DNA of 46,716 nucleotides from Desulfobacterales bacterium (GTDB lineage: Bacteria; Desulfobacterota; Desulfobacteria; Desulfobacterales; JAABRJ01). Made by a program: the position numbers and the translations under genes. Shown piece by piece: positions 27,711 through 39,942 of this stretch; position 1 is the first letter of the stretch; every line of letters begins with the position of its first letter. The DNA lies in NCBI GenBank assembly GCA_049284575.1, contig JBAPYE010000325.1:1-46716 (forward strand). Reading direction: 5' to 3'. The notes below the pieces were generated by a model. The model searched no databases, had not been told where the DNA came from, and saw only the letters and a list, made by a program, of their open reading frames with translations.

Positions 27711-27737
27711 TTCACAAATTTAATTAAGGAGTCCAAA

Positions 27738-27899
27738 ATGGGCCAGAAACGCAGCAAACGCAACGCCGTTGAAGTCGTTTGCCCCAAATGCCAACATACC
27801 GAAATTGTCTATATCCAGAACGAAGACATCCCCAAATGCCCCCACTGTCATATCCCCATGATCATCCGGGAAATCCTGACGGAGGGCAAGTCCTACTGA
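27738..27899 (+). CDS. Small zinc-ribbon protein (53 aa), absent from the ORF track (<60 aa)
   Basis: AGGAG (27727-27731) lies 6 nt before the ATG. The product is MGQKRSKRNAVEVVCPKCQHTEIVYIQNEDIPKCPHCHIPMIIREILTEGKSY, with CPKC..15 aa..CPHC. Third-position C/G bias matches neighbouring genes. Confidence 0.55.
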   Translation: MGQKRSKRNAVEVVCPKCQHTEIVYIQNEDIPKCPHCHIPMIIREILTEGKSY

Positions 27900-27976
27900 T
27901 CGCGGCGTCCCCCGCGGGCCGCCTTGATCGCTGGCCGGAAAGCCATCTAACCGCAAAAGACCAAGGAGGAAAGCGA

Positions 27977-28804
27977 ATGAAAAAGGGTTTTGTATCGAGT
28001 TTACTGATAGTTGCCGTGATCTGCCTGGGGATCGGGGCGCCCGCCATGGGCAGTGATATTGAACTGGCCAGAAAGTCCACCTTAGAGGCCATTTTGAAAA
28101 GCGGCGAGCTGCGGGTTGGCTTCGAGGCCGGCTACATGCCATTTGAAATGACCGACAAGAACGGCAAGTTCGTCGGCTTCGACATCGACATGGCCAAGGA
28201 AATGGCCAAGGCCATGGGGGTCAAGTTTACTCCCGTCAACACCGCCTGGGACGGCATCATCCCGTCTCTGATCACGGAAAAATTCGACATCATCATGAGC
28301 GGCATGACCGTCACCCAGGAGCGCAATCTCAAGATCAATTTCGCCGATCCCTACATCATCGTCGGGCAGACCATCCTGCTCAACACAAAACACGAAGGGG
28401 CCGTCACAAGCTACAAAGACCTCAACGACCCCAAGTTTATCGTGACCTCCAAGCTGGGCACCACCGGCGAGCAGGCCGTCAAGCGCCACATTCCCAAGTG
28501 TACCTACAAATCCTTTGAGACCGAAACCGAAGCGGCGCTGGAAGTCGTCAACGGCAAGGCCGACGCATTTGTCTACGACCTGCCCTACTGCGTGGTTTTC
28601 ATGGCCCAGCAGGGCGCCGGCAAGCTGATCTTCATCGACCAGCCCTTTACCTTCGAACCGCTGGCCTGGGCGATCCGCAAGGGGGATCCCGATTTCCTGA
28701 ACTGGCTCGACAATTTCCTGCGTCAGATGAAAAACGACGGCCGCTATGACGTGATCTACAACAAGTGGATCAAAAGCACCGACTGGATCGACAGCGTGCA
28801 GTAA
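27977..28804 (+). CDS. Polar amino-acid ABC transporter substrate-binding protein
   Basis: An aaggagga RBS precedes ATG 27977. Signal peptide MKKGFVSSLLIVAVICLGIGAPAMG, then an SBP_bac_3-like core (GFDIDMAKE..WDGIIPSL..FDIIMSGMT). The ORF-track start 27779 is an upstream extension. Confidence 0.9.
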   Translation: MKKGFVSSLLIVAVICLGIGAPAMGSDIELARKSTLEAILKSGELRVGFEAGYMPFEMTDKNGKFVGFDIDMAKEMAKAMGVKFTPVNTAWDGIIPSLITEKFDIIMSGMTVTQERNLKINFADPYIIVGQTILLNTKHEGAVTSYKDLNDPKFIVTSKLGTTGEQAVKRHIPKCTYKSFETETEAALEVVNGKADAFVYDLPYCVVFMAQQGAGKLIFIDQPFTFEPLAWAIRKGDPDFLNWLDNFLRQMKNDGRYDVIYNKWIKSTDWIDSVQ

Positions 28805-28825
28805 TTCGGCTTTGGGTGCCCCAGC

Positions 28826-28860
28826 CAGACCGGTCCGCGAGGACTTCGCCGGCCGGTCTG
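28826..28860 (+). promoter_or_regulatory. Intercistronic stem-loop between the binding-protein and permease genes
   Basis: CAGACCGG (28826-28833) pairs with CCGGTCTG (28853-28860), an 8-bp perfect stem with a 19-nt loop and no T-tract. Confidence 0.3.
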
Positions 28861-28917
28861 CCTCCCTCACCGGGGCCGCCGCTTTGCCCCCGACAGGGGC
28901 CACCCCCCGCCGTCACC

Positions 28918-29961
28918 ATGGCTGCAAGGGATTGTGCTATCAAGCCTATGAATACTTCCTCGAGCTTACGCCGCATGCAAAAGGGTGCCGGCTACTACCT
29001 CTGGGTGGGAGTCTTCTTTCTGGGGCTCTTCGCGCTTTGTGCCTTTCTGTATTACGCCGCCCTTAAAATCGACTATGTCTGGCGCTGGTACCGGATTCCC
29101 CAGTATTTTTTCTATGAAGACACCGTTGAACTCAAAAGCGATACCGACGGCAGCGTTGCGGCCATCACCCCGGAGGGCGAAGAGGCCCTGATCCGGGTCC
29201 GGGAAATCGGTGGCGGGGAAACCACCTTCCGCGTTCCGGCCAAGGGGGTCGCGGTGGAGGCCGGGGACATGGTCTTTGCCGGCGACACGCTGAGTTCATA
29301 TCGGCAATGGAAAATCGGCATCCTCCTGCAGGGCCTCTGGCTGACCCTCAAGGTCAGCGTGGTGGCCATCGTGTTCGGGATCCTGATCGGTATGGTGGCC
29401 GGCCTGGCCCGGGTTTCGGCCAACCCGGCCTTCAAGTGGTCTTCGATTGCCTATATTGAATTGATCCGGGGCTCGCCCCTCCTGGTCCAGATTTTCATCT
29501 GGTATTTCGTCCTGGGCACGCTGATCAACACCCTGCTGTCCAGGCAAGGCCTGAGCCAGATTCCGCCCCTGTGGTTCGGTGTGGCGGCCCTGGCCGGCTT
29601 CACCGGGGCCTACGTGGCGGAGATGGTGCGCGCCGGGATCCAGTCGATCCACCGGGGGCAGACCGAAGCCTCCCGGTCGCTGGGCATGACCTATGTCCAG
29701 TCCATGCGCCATGTCGTTCTGCCCCAGGCCATGCGGCGCATCCTGCCGCCGTTGGCCGGCCAGTTCATCAGCCTGATCAAAGACTCCTCGCTGCTCGGCA
29801 TCATCGCCATCCGTGAACTCACCAAGGCCACCCGGGAAGTGGTCACCACCAGCCTGCAGCCCTTCGAGCTCTGGTTCGTGTGCGCCCTCCTCTATCTGGT
29901 GTTGACCTTTTCGTTGTCCATGCTGCTGCAGTACGTGGAGAGGAGGACACTGGTCCAGTGA
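28918..29961 (+). CDS. Polar amino-acid ABC transporter permease with an extra N-terminal TM plus ~90-aa loop
   Basis: C-terminal HisM/GlnP-like core with [25 protein letters not shown] (EAA-type loop). The start is uncertain (ATG 28918, 28948 or 28975). The ORF-track GTG 28765 overlaps the upstream gene and crosses the hairpin. Confidence 0.85.
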   Translation: MAARDCAIKPMNTSSSLRRMQKGAGYYLWVGVFFLGLFALCAFLYYAALKIDYVWRWYRIPQYFFYEDTVELKSDTDGSVAAITPEGEEALIRVREIGGGETTFRVPAKGVAVEAGDMVFAGDTLSSYRQWKIGILLQGLWLTLKVSVVAIVFGILIGMVAGLARVSANPAFKWSSIAYIELIRGSPLLVQIFIWYFVLGTLINTLLSRQGLSQIPPLWFGVAALAGFTGAYVAEMVRAGIQSIHRGQTEASRSLGMTYVQSMRHVVLPQAMRRILPPLAGQFISLIKDSSLLGIIAIRELTKATREVVTTSLQPFELWFVCALLYLVLTFSLSMLLQYVERRTLVQ

Positions 29962-30689
29962 TTGACGTAAGCAATGTCTACAAAACATTCTATGCCCCCC
30001 ACAAGGTCCAGGCGCTGGTAAACGTCAGCAATGAAATCCAGGCCGGTGAAGTGGTCGTCGTGATCGGGCCCTCGGGCTCGGGCAAAAGCACCTTCCTGCG
30101 CTGCCTAAACCGCCTGGAAGCGGCCGACAGCGGCCACATCCTGATCGACGGGATCGACATCATGGACCCCAAGACCAACATCAACAAGGTGCGCGCCGAA
30201 GTCGGGATGGTGTTTCAGTCCTTCAACCTCTTTCCCCACAAGTCGGTCCTGGCCAACATCACCCTGGCCCAACAAGTGGTCCGCAAACGCTCAAAAACCG
30301 ATGCGCACAAAAAGGCCATGGAACTGCTGGCGAAAGTGGGAATCCAGGACAAGGTCGGGGTTTACCCGGACCAGCTCTCCGGCGGCCAGCAGCAGCGGGT
30401 GGCCATTGCCCGGGCCCTGGCAATGGATCCCAAGGTGATGCTCTTTGACGAACCGACCTCGGCGCTGGACCCCGAAATGATCGGGGAGGTCCTGGATGTC
30501 ATGAAAAACCTGGCCCGCGAAGGCATGACCATGGTGGTGGTCACCCATGAGATGGGCTTTGCCCGCGAGGTCGCCGACCGGGTGATTTTCATGGACCATG
30601 GGGCGGTGGTGGAAGAAGGCACGCCGGAGCACTTTTTCACCAGCCCCACCCACAGCCGTACCAAGCTGTTTTTGAACCAGATCCTGTAG
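29958..30689 (+). CDS. Polar amino-acid ABC transporter ATP-binding protein (GlnQ-like)
   Basis: The GTG start overlaps the permease stop (GTGA). An aggagga RBS lies at 29941-29947. Walker [10 protein letters not shown], signature LSGGQQQR, Walker [12 protein letters not shown]. Confidence 0.93.
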   Translation: MIDVSNVYKTFYAPHKVQALVNVSNEIQAGEVVVVIGPSGSGKSTFLRCLNRLEAADSGHILIDGIDIMDPKTNINKVRAEVGMVFQSFNLFPHKSVLANITLAQQVVRKRSKTDAHKKAMELLAKVGIQDKVGVYPDQLSGGQQQRVAIARALAMDPKVMLFDEPTSALDPEMIGEVLDVMKNLAREGMTMVVVTHEMGFAREVADRVIFMDHGAVVEEGTPEHFFTSPTHSRTKLFLNQIL

Positions 30690-30762
30690 TCGGCCGCCGG
30701 CGGGCGCCATCCCGCCCTGACCGGCTCCCGACAGCGCCCCCCAGCCCCCACGACACCCCACA

Positions 30763-30804
30763 TGTAGTGTTTAAAAGAACCACATAGCCCCTCTTGTAGT
30801 GTTT
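30763..30804 (+). repeat. Two copies of TGTAGTGTTT spaced 32 bp apart, upstream of smc
   Basis: Exact 10-mers at 30763-30772 and 30795-30804, in an AT-rich patch of an otherwise GC-rich spacer. The second copy is part of TTGTA-N13-TACAA. Confidence 0.5.
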
Positions 30805-30809
30805 TTAAC

Positions 30810-30838
30810 TTTACAAACCGCGGCTGGGCTGCTATTAA
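30810..30838 (+). promoter_or_regulatory. Candidate sigma70 promoter for smc
   Basis: TTTACA (30810-30815), 17 nt, then TATTAA (30833-30838), giving a ~130-nt leader to ATG 30974. Confidence 0.4.
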
Positions 30839-30973
30839 ACCCCCAATTTCAGCCCCGGATTATTTTTTTTCGCCCTCACCTCGCCCGAAATCGGGAGTGG
30901 GGCTGGCTGCGCGGTGGTTGCGGGGTTCCCCCCGCGGCCCCGGCGTCGACCGCATCACAGGAGACCTTCCGGC

Positions 30974-33900
30974 ATGAAGCTCAAAAAGCTGGAGATCACC
31001 GGTTTTAAATCCTTCAGCGAAAAATCCGTCATCCACTTTCCACCGGGCATTTCCGCCATCGTGGGACCCAACGGCTGCGGCAAAAGCAACATTGTCGACG
31101 CGCTGCGCTGGGTCATGGGGGAGCAGAGCCTCAAGCAGCTGCGGGGCAAAACCAAGGAAGACGTGATCTTCGCAGGCGCCAGCGGCAGACCCGGCATGAA
31201 CCTGGCAGAGGTGTCGTTGACGCTGGTCAACGACAACGGCAGCGCGCCCGAAGAGCTCAGGGATTTCAGCGAAATCATGCTGACCCGCCGGCTCTACCGC
31301 TCGGGGGAAACCGCTTACCTGCTCAACAAGGCCCCCTGCCGGCTGAAGGATATCCATAACCTTTTCCTGGGAAGCGGCATGGGCGCCAAGTCCTACGCCG
31401 TCATTCAGCAGGGCAATATCGGCGCCATCACCGACGCCGGACCCGACGAGCGGCGCATTTTCATCGAAGAAGCCGCCGGGGTCACCCGCTATAAAAACCG
31501 CAAGAACGAGGCCCTGGCCAAGGTCGAGGCCACCCGCCAGAACCTGCTGCGGCTGGCTGACATCATCAGCGAGGTCCAGCGGCAGATGAGCGGACTGCAG
31601 CGGCAGGCCAAAAAAGCCGCCCAGTACAATGCCCTCAAGGCCCGCATCCGCAGCCTGGACATCCGCCTGGCGCTTGACCGCCACCGTCAGCTGGCCGAGC
31701 AGATCGCAAAAACAGACGCGCTGCTGGCCGAAATGAAGACCGCCGACCTGGCCCACTGCGCCCGGATCAAACAGCTGGATGCCGCCGTCGAGGGCATCAA
31801 ACTGGAACGCTGGCAGAAAAACCAGGAAATCGCCGATCAGAAAAACCGCAAGTTTGAAACCCAGCGGGAAATCGACCGCCTTGAAAACGATCTGGCGCAC
31901 ATGCGGCAGGAGATCACGCGCCTGGGCCGGGAAACCGGCGAGCTTGAAAGCGCCCGCCGCGACCTGGCCGGCAAGAACGAGACCATCGGCGTCGAGATCG
32001 ATCAGGTGGCGCGCGCGGCCGCCGCGGACGGAACTGAGATCGAAACCGTGCAGGCGGCCGTGCGCCAGGCGCAAGCAGACACCGAGGGCGCAAAACAGCG
32101 GCTCGGGGACCTCAACCGGGAGATTGAAACGGCCAAGGCCGCCCTGATGAACCGGGTGGCCGAAGAGGCCCGCACCAAAAACATCTGTCAAAATGCCGCC
32201 AGCAACAGGGAAACCCTGCAGCGGCGCCTGAAACGCATCGAGGAGGAGGAGCTGGCGGCCGTCCGCAGCCTGGCGGAAATGGAAAAGGCCGAGGGGGCCA
32301 TCCGGGACCAACTGGCTGCCATCCGGCAGGAGATCGCCCATAGCGACCGGCAGATTGGCGCCACCGAAGACCAGCTGAAAGGCCAAAGCCAGACCCTCGG
32401 CGCCCAGGTCAAGACCGTTTTGACCTTTGAAAACGAAAAAAGTCAGCTGCGATCGCGCCACGGCGCCCTCAAGAAAATGGAAGACAATTTCGAGGGCTAC
32501 CGCGACGGCGTCAGGGCCATCATGACCCGCGGCGGCGGCGCGCAAACCGACGGGCAACCGGCGCCGCAAGTGCTCGGTTTGGTGGCCGACATCCTGGAGC
32601 CCGAGGCCGCCTTTCAAGCAGCGGTCGAAGGCGTTTTAGGCGACGCGCTGCAGCACATCCTCGTGGCCAACCCGGAAGACGCCCTGGCGCTGGCGACCGA
32701 CCTCAGGGAAAAGGGCGCCGGCCGCAGCGGCTTCATCCCGCTTGCCAGCATCCAGGCGGCACCCCCGGCGACCCGGCCGACGGGCGACCGGCTGCTGGAC
32801 CACGTCACCGTCCGACCCGGGTTTGAAGCCGTCTGCGGCGCCCTCCTGGGCCACGTTGAAGTCGCCCGCAGCCTGCCGGAGGCCGCGGCCCTCTGGCACG
32901 CCGATGGCCGCCGGCGAACCCTGGTGACCGCCGCAGGGGAGATGGTGATGCCCGAGGGCATTCTGATCGGCGGCAGCCGGGATGACAGCGCCGGGATCCT
33001 GGCCAAGAAGCGCGAAATAAGAGAGCTCGGCAGCCGGATCGCAGCGCTTGACAACCGGCTTGTCACCGCCCGGGAGCGCCAAAAGGTCCTGGAGCATGCG
33101 GTCCGCGACCTGGAAACGGTTCTCCAGAGACACCTGATGGCCAAAAAACGCGCCGCCCAGGAGGAGATCGAGGCCGAAAAGGCCCACTTCAAGGCCGAAG
33201 AAGCGGCCAAGCAGGCCCGGCGCCGCCTGGAAATCGCCCGGCTGGAGCAGGAGCAGCTGATGGGCGAGGCCAGCGACATCGACGGGCAGCTGGAAAGCTA
33301 TCGCCAGGCGGTGGCCCGCATTCAGGCGGAAGTCCAGGACACCCAGCAGACGGTGGCCCTCAAATCCCAGGAGAGCGGCGCGGTTTCCGCTGAGATGGAG
33401 GCCCACAGCCAGCACCTGCTGGATTTGAAACTGCGGCGGACCGCTCTCCAGGCGCGCTTTGAAAACAACACCGCAACCCTCAAACGTCTGCACACTTTTC
33501 GTGACGACGGACTGAAACGACTGGCGCAGATAGCGCAGGAAATTTCCCAGAAGACCCGGAAACAAGCGGCCGAAGAGGAAAAGATCGACCAGCATGAGAA
33601 GCGGATGGCCGCGCTCTGCGCCGCGTTCCAGCAGCTGGAGACGTCGCTTGAAAAAAACGAGGTCAGCTACCGGGCAATCGACGCCAGTCTGAAGGAAAAC
33701 GATCAGACCATCGCCGCCATTCAGACCGCGCGCGAAGCGGCGCTTCAGAAGCTGCGGCTGCTGGAGGTGGACCGCAGTCAGCAGGCACTCAAACAGGAAG
33801 CCCTCGAAAACCGGATTTTGGAAACCTACCAGCGTCCCCTGGACGACTTCCGCAGAGCCCCGGCCGCCCACCAGCCCCCTGAAGAAAGCGCGCCGGTCGA

Positions 33901-34582
33901 CCGACCTGCAGCGGAAATGGAGACCGAGCTGGCCGACTGCCGCAAACGGCTAGAATCCTTCGCCGACGTCAATCTGGGCGCGATCAGCGAGTTCGAGGCG
34001 CTTGAAAAGCGCCACGCGTTTCTGACCGGCCAGCAGAAAGACCTCGATCAGGCCCTCGACGATCTCCAGAAAGTGATCCGCAAGATCAACCGCATCACCC
34101 AGGAGCGTTTCATCACGACCTTCAACTTGATCAACGAGAGGCTGGCCGAGGTGTTCCCGCGCCTCTTTGACGGCGGCACGGCTCAGCTGGTGCTGACCGC
34201 GCCCGAAAAACCGCTTGAAACCGGCGTGGAGTTGATGATACACCCTCCCGGTAAAAAACTCACCCAGCTGAGCCTGCTCTCCGGCGGTGAAAAGGCCCTG
34301 TCGGCCATCGCCTTCATTTTCGCCATCTTTCTGATCAAGCCGGCGTCCTTCTGCCTTCTGGACGAAATCGATGCCCCCCTGGACGAGGCCAATGTTTACC
34401 GGTTCAACACCCTGCTGAAAATCATCGGCGACCAGTCCCAGATCATCATGATCACCCACAACAAGAAAAGCATGGAATTTGCCGACACTCTCTTCGGGGT
34501 GACCATGGAGAAAAAGGGCGTGTCCAAGCTGGTGTCGGTCAATCTGACCCACCCCTCGGAGGCTCAGGCCGCGTTGAACTGA
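30974..34582 (+). CDS. smc: Chromosome partition protein Smc
   Basis: MKLKKLEITGFKSF start (ATG 30974; the ORF-track start 30914 is upstream). Walker A GPNGCGKSN, long coiled coils with a hinge, signature LSGGEKAL and Walker B CLLDEIDAPLD. Confidence 0.97.
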   Translation: MKLKKLEITGFKSFSEKSVIHFPPGISAIVGPNGCGKSNIVDALRWVMGEQSLKQLRGKTKEDVIFAGASGRPGMNLAEVSLTLVNDNGSAPEELRDFSEIMLTRRLYRSGETAYLLNKAPCRLKDIHNLFLGSGMGAKSYAVIQQGNIGAITDAGPDERRIFIEEAAGVTRYKNRKNEALAKVEATRQNLLRLADIISEVQRQMSGLQRQAKKAAQYNALKARIRSLDIRLALDRHRQLAEQIAKTDALLAEMKTADLAHCARIKQLDAAVEGIKLERWQKNQEIADQKNRKFETQREIDRLENDLAHMRQEITRLGRETGELESARRDLAGKNETIGVEIDQVARAAAADGTEIETVQAAVRQAQADTEGAKQRLGDLNREIETAKAALMNRVAEEARTKNICQNAASNRETLQRRLKRIEEEELAAVRSLAEMEKAEGAIRDQLAAIRQEIAHSDRQIGATEDQLKGQSQTLGAQVKTVLTFENEKSQLRSRHGALKKMEDNFEGYRDGVRAIMTRGGGAQTDGQPAPQVLGLVADILEPEAAFQAAVEGVLGDALQHILVANPEDALALATDLREKGAGRSGFIPLASIQAAPPATRPTGDRLLDHVTVRPGFEAVCGALLGHVEVARSLPEAAALWHADGRRRTLVTAAGEMVMPEGILIGGSRDDSAGILAKKREIRELGSRIAALDNRLVTARERQKVLEHAVRDLETVLQRHLMAKKRAAQEEIEAEKAHFKAEEAAKQARRRLEIARLEQEQLMGEASDIDGQLESYRQAVARIQAEVQDTQQTVALKSQESGAVSAEMEAHSQHLLDLKLRRTALQARFENNTATLKRLHTFRDDGLKRLAQIAQEISQKTRKQAAEEEKIDQHEKRMAALCAAFQQLETSLEKNEVSYRAIDASLKENDQTIAAIQTAREAALQKLRLLEVDRSQQALKQEALENRILETYQRPLDDFRRAPAAHQPPEESAPVDRPAAEMETELADCRKRLESFADVNLGAISEFEALEKRHAFLTGQQKDLDQALDDLQKVIRKINRITQERFITTFNLINERLAEVFPRLFDGGTAQLVLTAPEKPLETGVELMIHPPGKKLTQLSLLSGGEKALSAIAFIFAIFLIKPASFCLLDEIDAPLDEANVYRFNTLLKIIGDQSQIIMITHNKKSMEFADTLFGVTMEKKGVSKLVSVNLTHPSEAQAALN

Positions 34583-34630
34583 CGCGCGCCCGGGGGCTTC
34601 GGCGACAAAAAACCACAGAAAGCGATTGCA

Positions 34631-35845
34631 ATGCAAGCAAGCCTGGAACGCTATTGGGCAGCCTTCAGCCGTCTGCTGGAGACGGTGCCCCATGAAATCT
34701 GGTGGGGCGTCCTGGTGTTCATCCTGGCCATCGTACTGACCAAAATCATCCAGCGCCTTGCGACCCGCAAGGTCCCCACATCGCCCGCCGCACCGCAGGC
34801 GGCGGGGCCCGGAACACCTTCCGAGGCTGCCGAGGAGGGGCCCTTGAGCGCCGATGAACCCGAGGTGCAGAAAGCCCCGCCGAAACCCGCGCTGCAAAAA
34901 GCCGTCGCCGATCCCCAACCCAGCCCGTCACCCGCCGCGCCGCCGGGCTTTCTGGCGCGCCTCAAGGAGCGCCTCGGCAAGACCCGCCGCTCACTGGCCG
35001 CGGGCCTGGAGGGGCTATTCAGCGGCCAGGGCAGGATCGACGCCGACATGCTCGAAGAGCTGGAGGAGCTCTTGATCACCGCCGATATCGGCGTTCAGAC
35101 CACCACGGCGCTGATGGACCGGATCTCGGAGCGCAAGGCCGAGATCACCGACGCCGAGCAGCTCAAAGACGCCTTGAAAGAGGAGATCCTGGCGCTTGTC
35201 GCCACGGCGCCGGCGCCGCTGCCGCGCCAGGGCGCCAAGCCGCACGTGATCATGGTCGTGGGCGTCAACGGCGTCGGCAAAACCACCACCATCGGCAAGC
35301 TGGCCGCGCGCTGCACGGCGGCCGGGGAAAAGGTGCTGATCGGCGCCGCGGACACCTTCCGGGCCGCCGCGGGCGAGCAGCTGGAAATCTGGGCGCAGCG
35401 CTCCGGGGCCGACATCGTCCGGCACCGCGAAAACGCCGACCCCGCCGCTGTGGCCTTCGACACCATCGAAGCCGCCCTGGCCCGCGGCATCGACGTGGTG
35501 TTAGTGGACACCGCCGGGCGGCTGCACACTAAGGTCAACCTGATGGCGGAGCTCAAAAAGATCCAGCGCACCATCGACCGCAAACTGCCCGGTGCGCCCC
35601 ATGAAGTCCTGCTGGTCCTGGACGCCACCACCGGTCAGAACGCCCTCACCCAGGCCAAACTCTTCCAGGAGACCGTCGGCATCACCGGCATCGCCCTGAC
35701 CAAGCTGGACGGCACGGCCAAGGGCGGCATCGTCATCAGCATCTGCAACAGCCTTCAAATTCCCCTGAAATACATCGGTATCGGTGAAAAGATCGAGGAC
35801 CTTCAGGACTTTGACCCCGAGAAGTTCGTCGCCGCGCTGTTTTAG
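34631..35845 (+). CDS. ftsY: Signal recognition particle receptor FtsY
   Basis: 404 aa. N-terminal TM plus a Pro/Ala/Glu-rich region. NG domain with GVNGVGKTTTIGKLA, DTAGRL and TKLDGTAKGG. Confidence 0.95.
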   Translation: MQASLERYWAAFSRLLETVPHEIWWGVLVFILAIVLTKIIQRLATRKVPTSPAAPQAAGPGTPSEAAEEGPLSADEPEVQKAPPKPALQKAVADPQPSPSPAAPPGFLARLKERLGKTRRSLAAGLEGLFSGQGRIDADMLEELEELLITADIGVQTTTALMDRISERKAEITDAEQLKDALKEEILALVATAPAPLPRQGAKPHVIMVVGVNGVGKTTTIGKLAARCTAAGEKVLIGAADTFRAAAGEQLEIWAQRSGADIVRHRENADPAAVAFDTIEAALARGIDVVLVDTAGRLHTKVNLMAELKKIQRTIDRKLPGAPHEVLLVLDATTGQNALTQAKLFQETVGITGIALTKLDGTAKGGIVISICNSLQIPLKYIGIGEKIEDLQDFDPEKFVAALF

Positions 35846-35893
35846 GGCGCAGTCAGAACGAAAGCCTCCCCCAAGGCGCGCATACCCCCTCGA

Positions 35894-36451
35894 CTATTTG
35901 ACGATCGGCAGGATCCTGCGAAAATCGGCGGTGTTGGCCCGGCAGGCCCACTGAAAGATAACGATCTCAGCCGAGCTGACCAGCGCGCCGGCCTGGCGCA
36001 GCAAATCGACGGCGATGTCGCGGTTTTGGTCGACGCGGGAGGCCACGGCATCGGCCGCCAGGTGCACCTGAAAGCCCGACGCGATCAGATCCAAACACGT
36101 CTGCAGAACGCACACATGGGTTTCCATCCCGGCCACTACGATCTTGTGGCGCTGGTAGGATCGAACCGCCGAGAGAAAGGCAGGCTCCATGCAGGCGCTG
36201 AAGTGCTCCTTTTGGACCACGGTGGGAGCGTTGATTTCCCGGAGCAGTTCGGGGTCCGTTGGGCCGAGCCCCTTCTTGTACTGCTCGGTCACCAAAACCG
36301 GAACCCCAAGGGCATCGGCGGCCTGCACGAGCTGGCGCAGCTTGCCGGCGACCGTTTCCCATGAATCCATGACCTTTCGCATGGCCTGTTGAACGTCGAT
36401 GATCAGGAGCAGGCTATCCTCACGAATAGCGACGTAGTCATGACGGCTCAT
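35894..36451 (-). CDS. Isochorismatase-family hydrolase
   Basis: A ggaggga RBS precedes ATG 36451 (MSRHDYVAIREDSLLLIIDVQ). Catalytic context GMETHVCVLQT. The ORF-track start 36517 is an upstream extension. Confidence 0.8.
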   Translation of the reverse strand: MSRHDYVAIREDSLLLIIDVQQAMRKVMDSWETVAGKLRQLVQAADALGVPVLVTEQYKKGLGPTDPELLREINAPTVVQKEHFSACMEPAFLSAVRSYQRHKIVVAGMETHVCVLQTCLDLIASGFQVHLAADAVASRVDQNRDIAVDLLRQAGALVSSAEIVIFQWACRANTADFRRILPIVK

Positions 36452-36491
36452 GATCCCTCCTTTTGCCGGGTTGGCGCGGCCGCCGGCAGGG

Positions 36492-36779
36492 TCACCCGGT
36501 GATGGTAAAACGCTCATACCCCCCGCCGGGGTCCTCCCAGGAAACCTTTACCGCCGTCACCCGGGCCCGCGGGGGGCCCTTGCGGCACCAGTCGAGAACG
36601 GCCTCCACCTGGGGGCGGCGGCCTTCGAAGACGGCCTCCACCGTTCCGTCCGGCCGGTTTTTAACCCAGCCGGTCACCCCGCCGATCCTTTCCACGGCGC
36701 GCAGGGTCTCCATGCGGAAAAACACCCCCTGCACCTTGCCGCTGATCAGCGCGTGCGCGCATACCATGGTCTTTTCCAT
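36492..36779 (-). CDS. acyP: Acylphosphatase
   Basis: 95 aa. VQGVFFR and GWVKNRPDGTVEAVFEG signatures. Confidence 0.9.
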   Translation of the reverse strand: MEKTMVCAHALISGKVQGVFFRMETLRAVERIGGVTGWVKNRPDGTVEAVFEGRRPQVEAVLDWCRKGPPRARVTAVKVSWEDPGGGYERFTITG

Positions 36780-36844
36780 ACGCTGTCCTTTCTCCCCTCA
36801 GGGGCTTCCCGGCGGCCGGACGGCCGGGCCACCCGAGACGGGGC

Positions 36845-39624
<2,780 letters not shown>

Positions 39625-39644
39625 GGCGGGGGGTTCCAAGGGGC

Positions 39645-39899
39645 TTATTCGGGTTCTACCAGACGGGAGAGCTCGTCCTTGATCTCATCGATGTTCTCGT
39701 AGAGCCACAGGACGTCCTCCATGGTCAGACGACCGGCTTTGGCCGGCGCGCGGTCGGAGCCGTCCTTTTTCTTCAGCATCCGGGGGCCGATCTGAACTTT
39801 GGGCTCCCCCCGGTCGTACTGGTTGATGGAAACCATGAGGCCGGTTTCCTCGCAATGCCACTTCTTGATGATCTTGTCCTTGTCAGGATCAAACGCCAT
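39645..39899 (-). CDS. Small conserved-looking protein (84 aa), possibly a PC4/YdbC-like ssDNA-binding fold
   Basis: GGAGG lies 5 nt before ATG 39899 (the ORF-track start is GTG 39917). The pattern LMVSINQYDRGEPKVQIGPR...KAGRLTMEDVLWL resembles bacterial PC4-like proteins. This assignment is from memory only. Confidence 0.5.
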   Translation of the reverse strand: MAFDPDKDKIIKKWHCEETGLMVSINQYDRGEPKVQIGPRMLKKKDGSDRAPAKAGRLTMEDVLWLYENIDEIKDELSRLVEPE

Positions 39900-39942
39900 C
39901 GCATCCTCCCTGTCCACCGTGCAGCCGCAGCCGGGCCGGCTG

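Noticed and set aside
30860-32617. 585-aa minus-strand ORF, plus 32636-33871 (411 aa) and 33950-34918 (322 aa)
   Set aside because: They are antisense to smc and ftsY. They have no motifs or RBS and are compositional artefacts.
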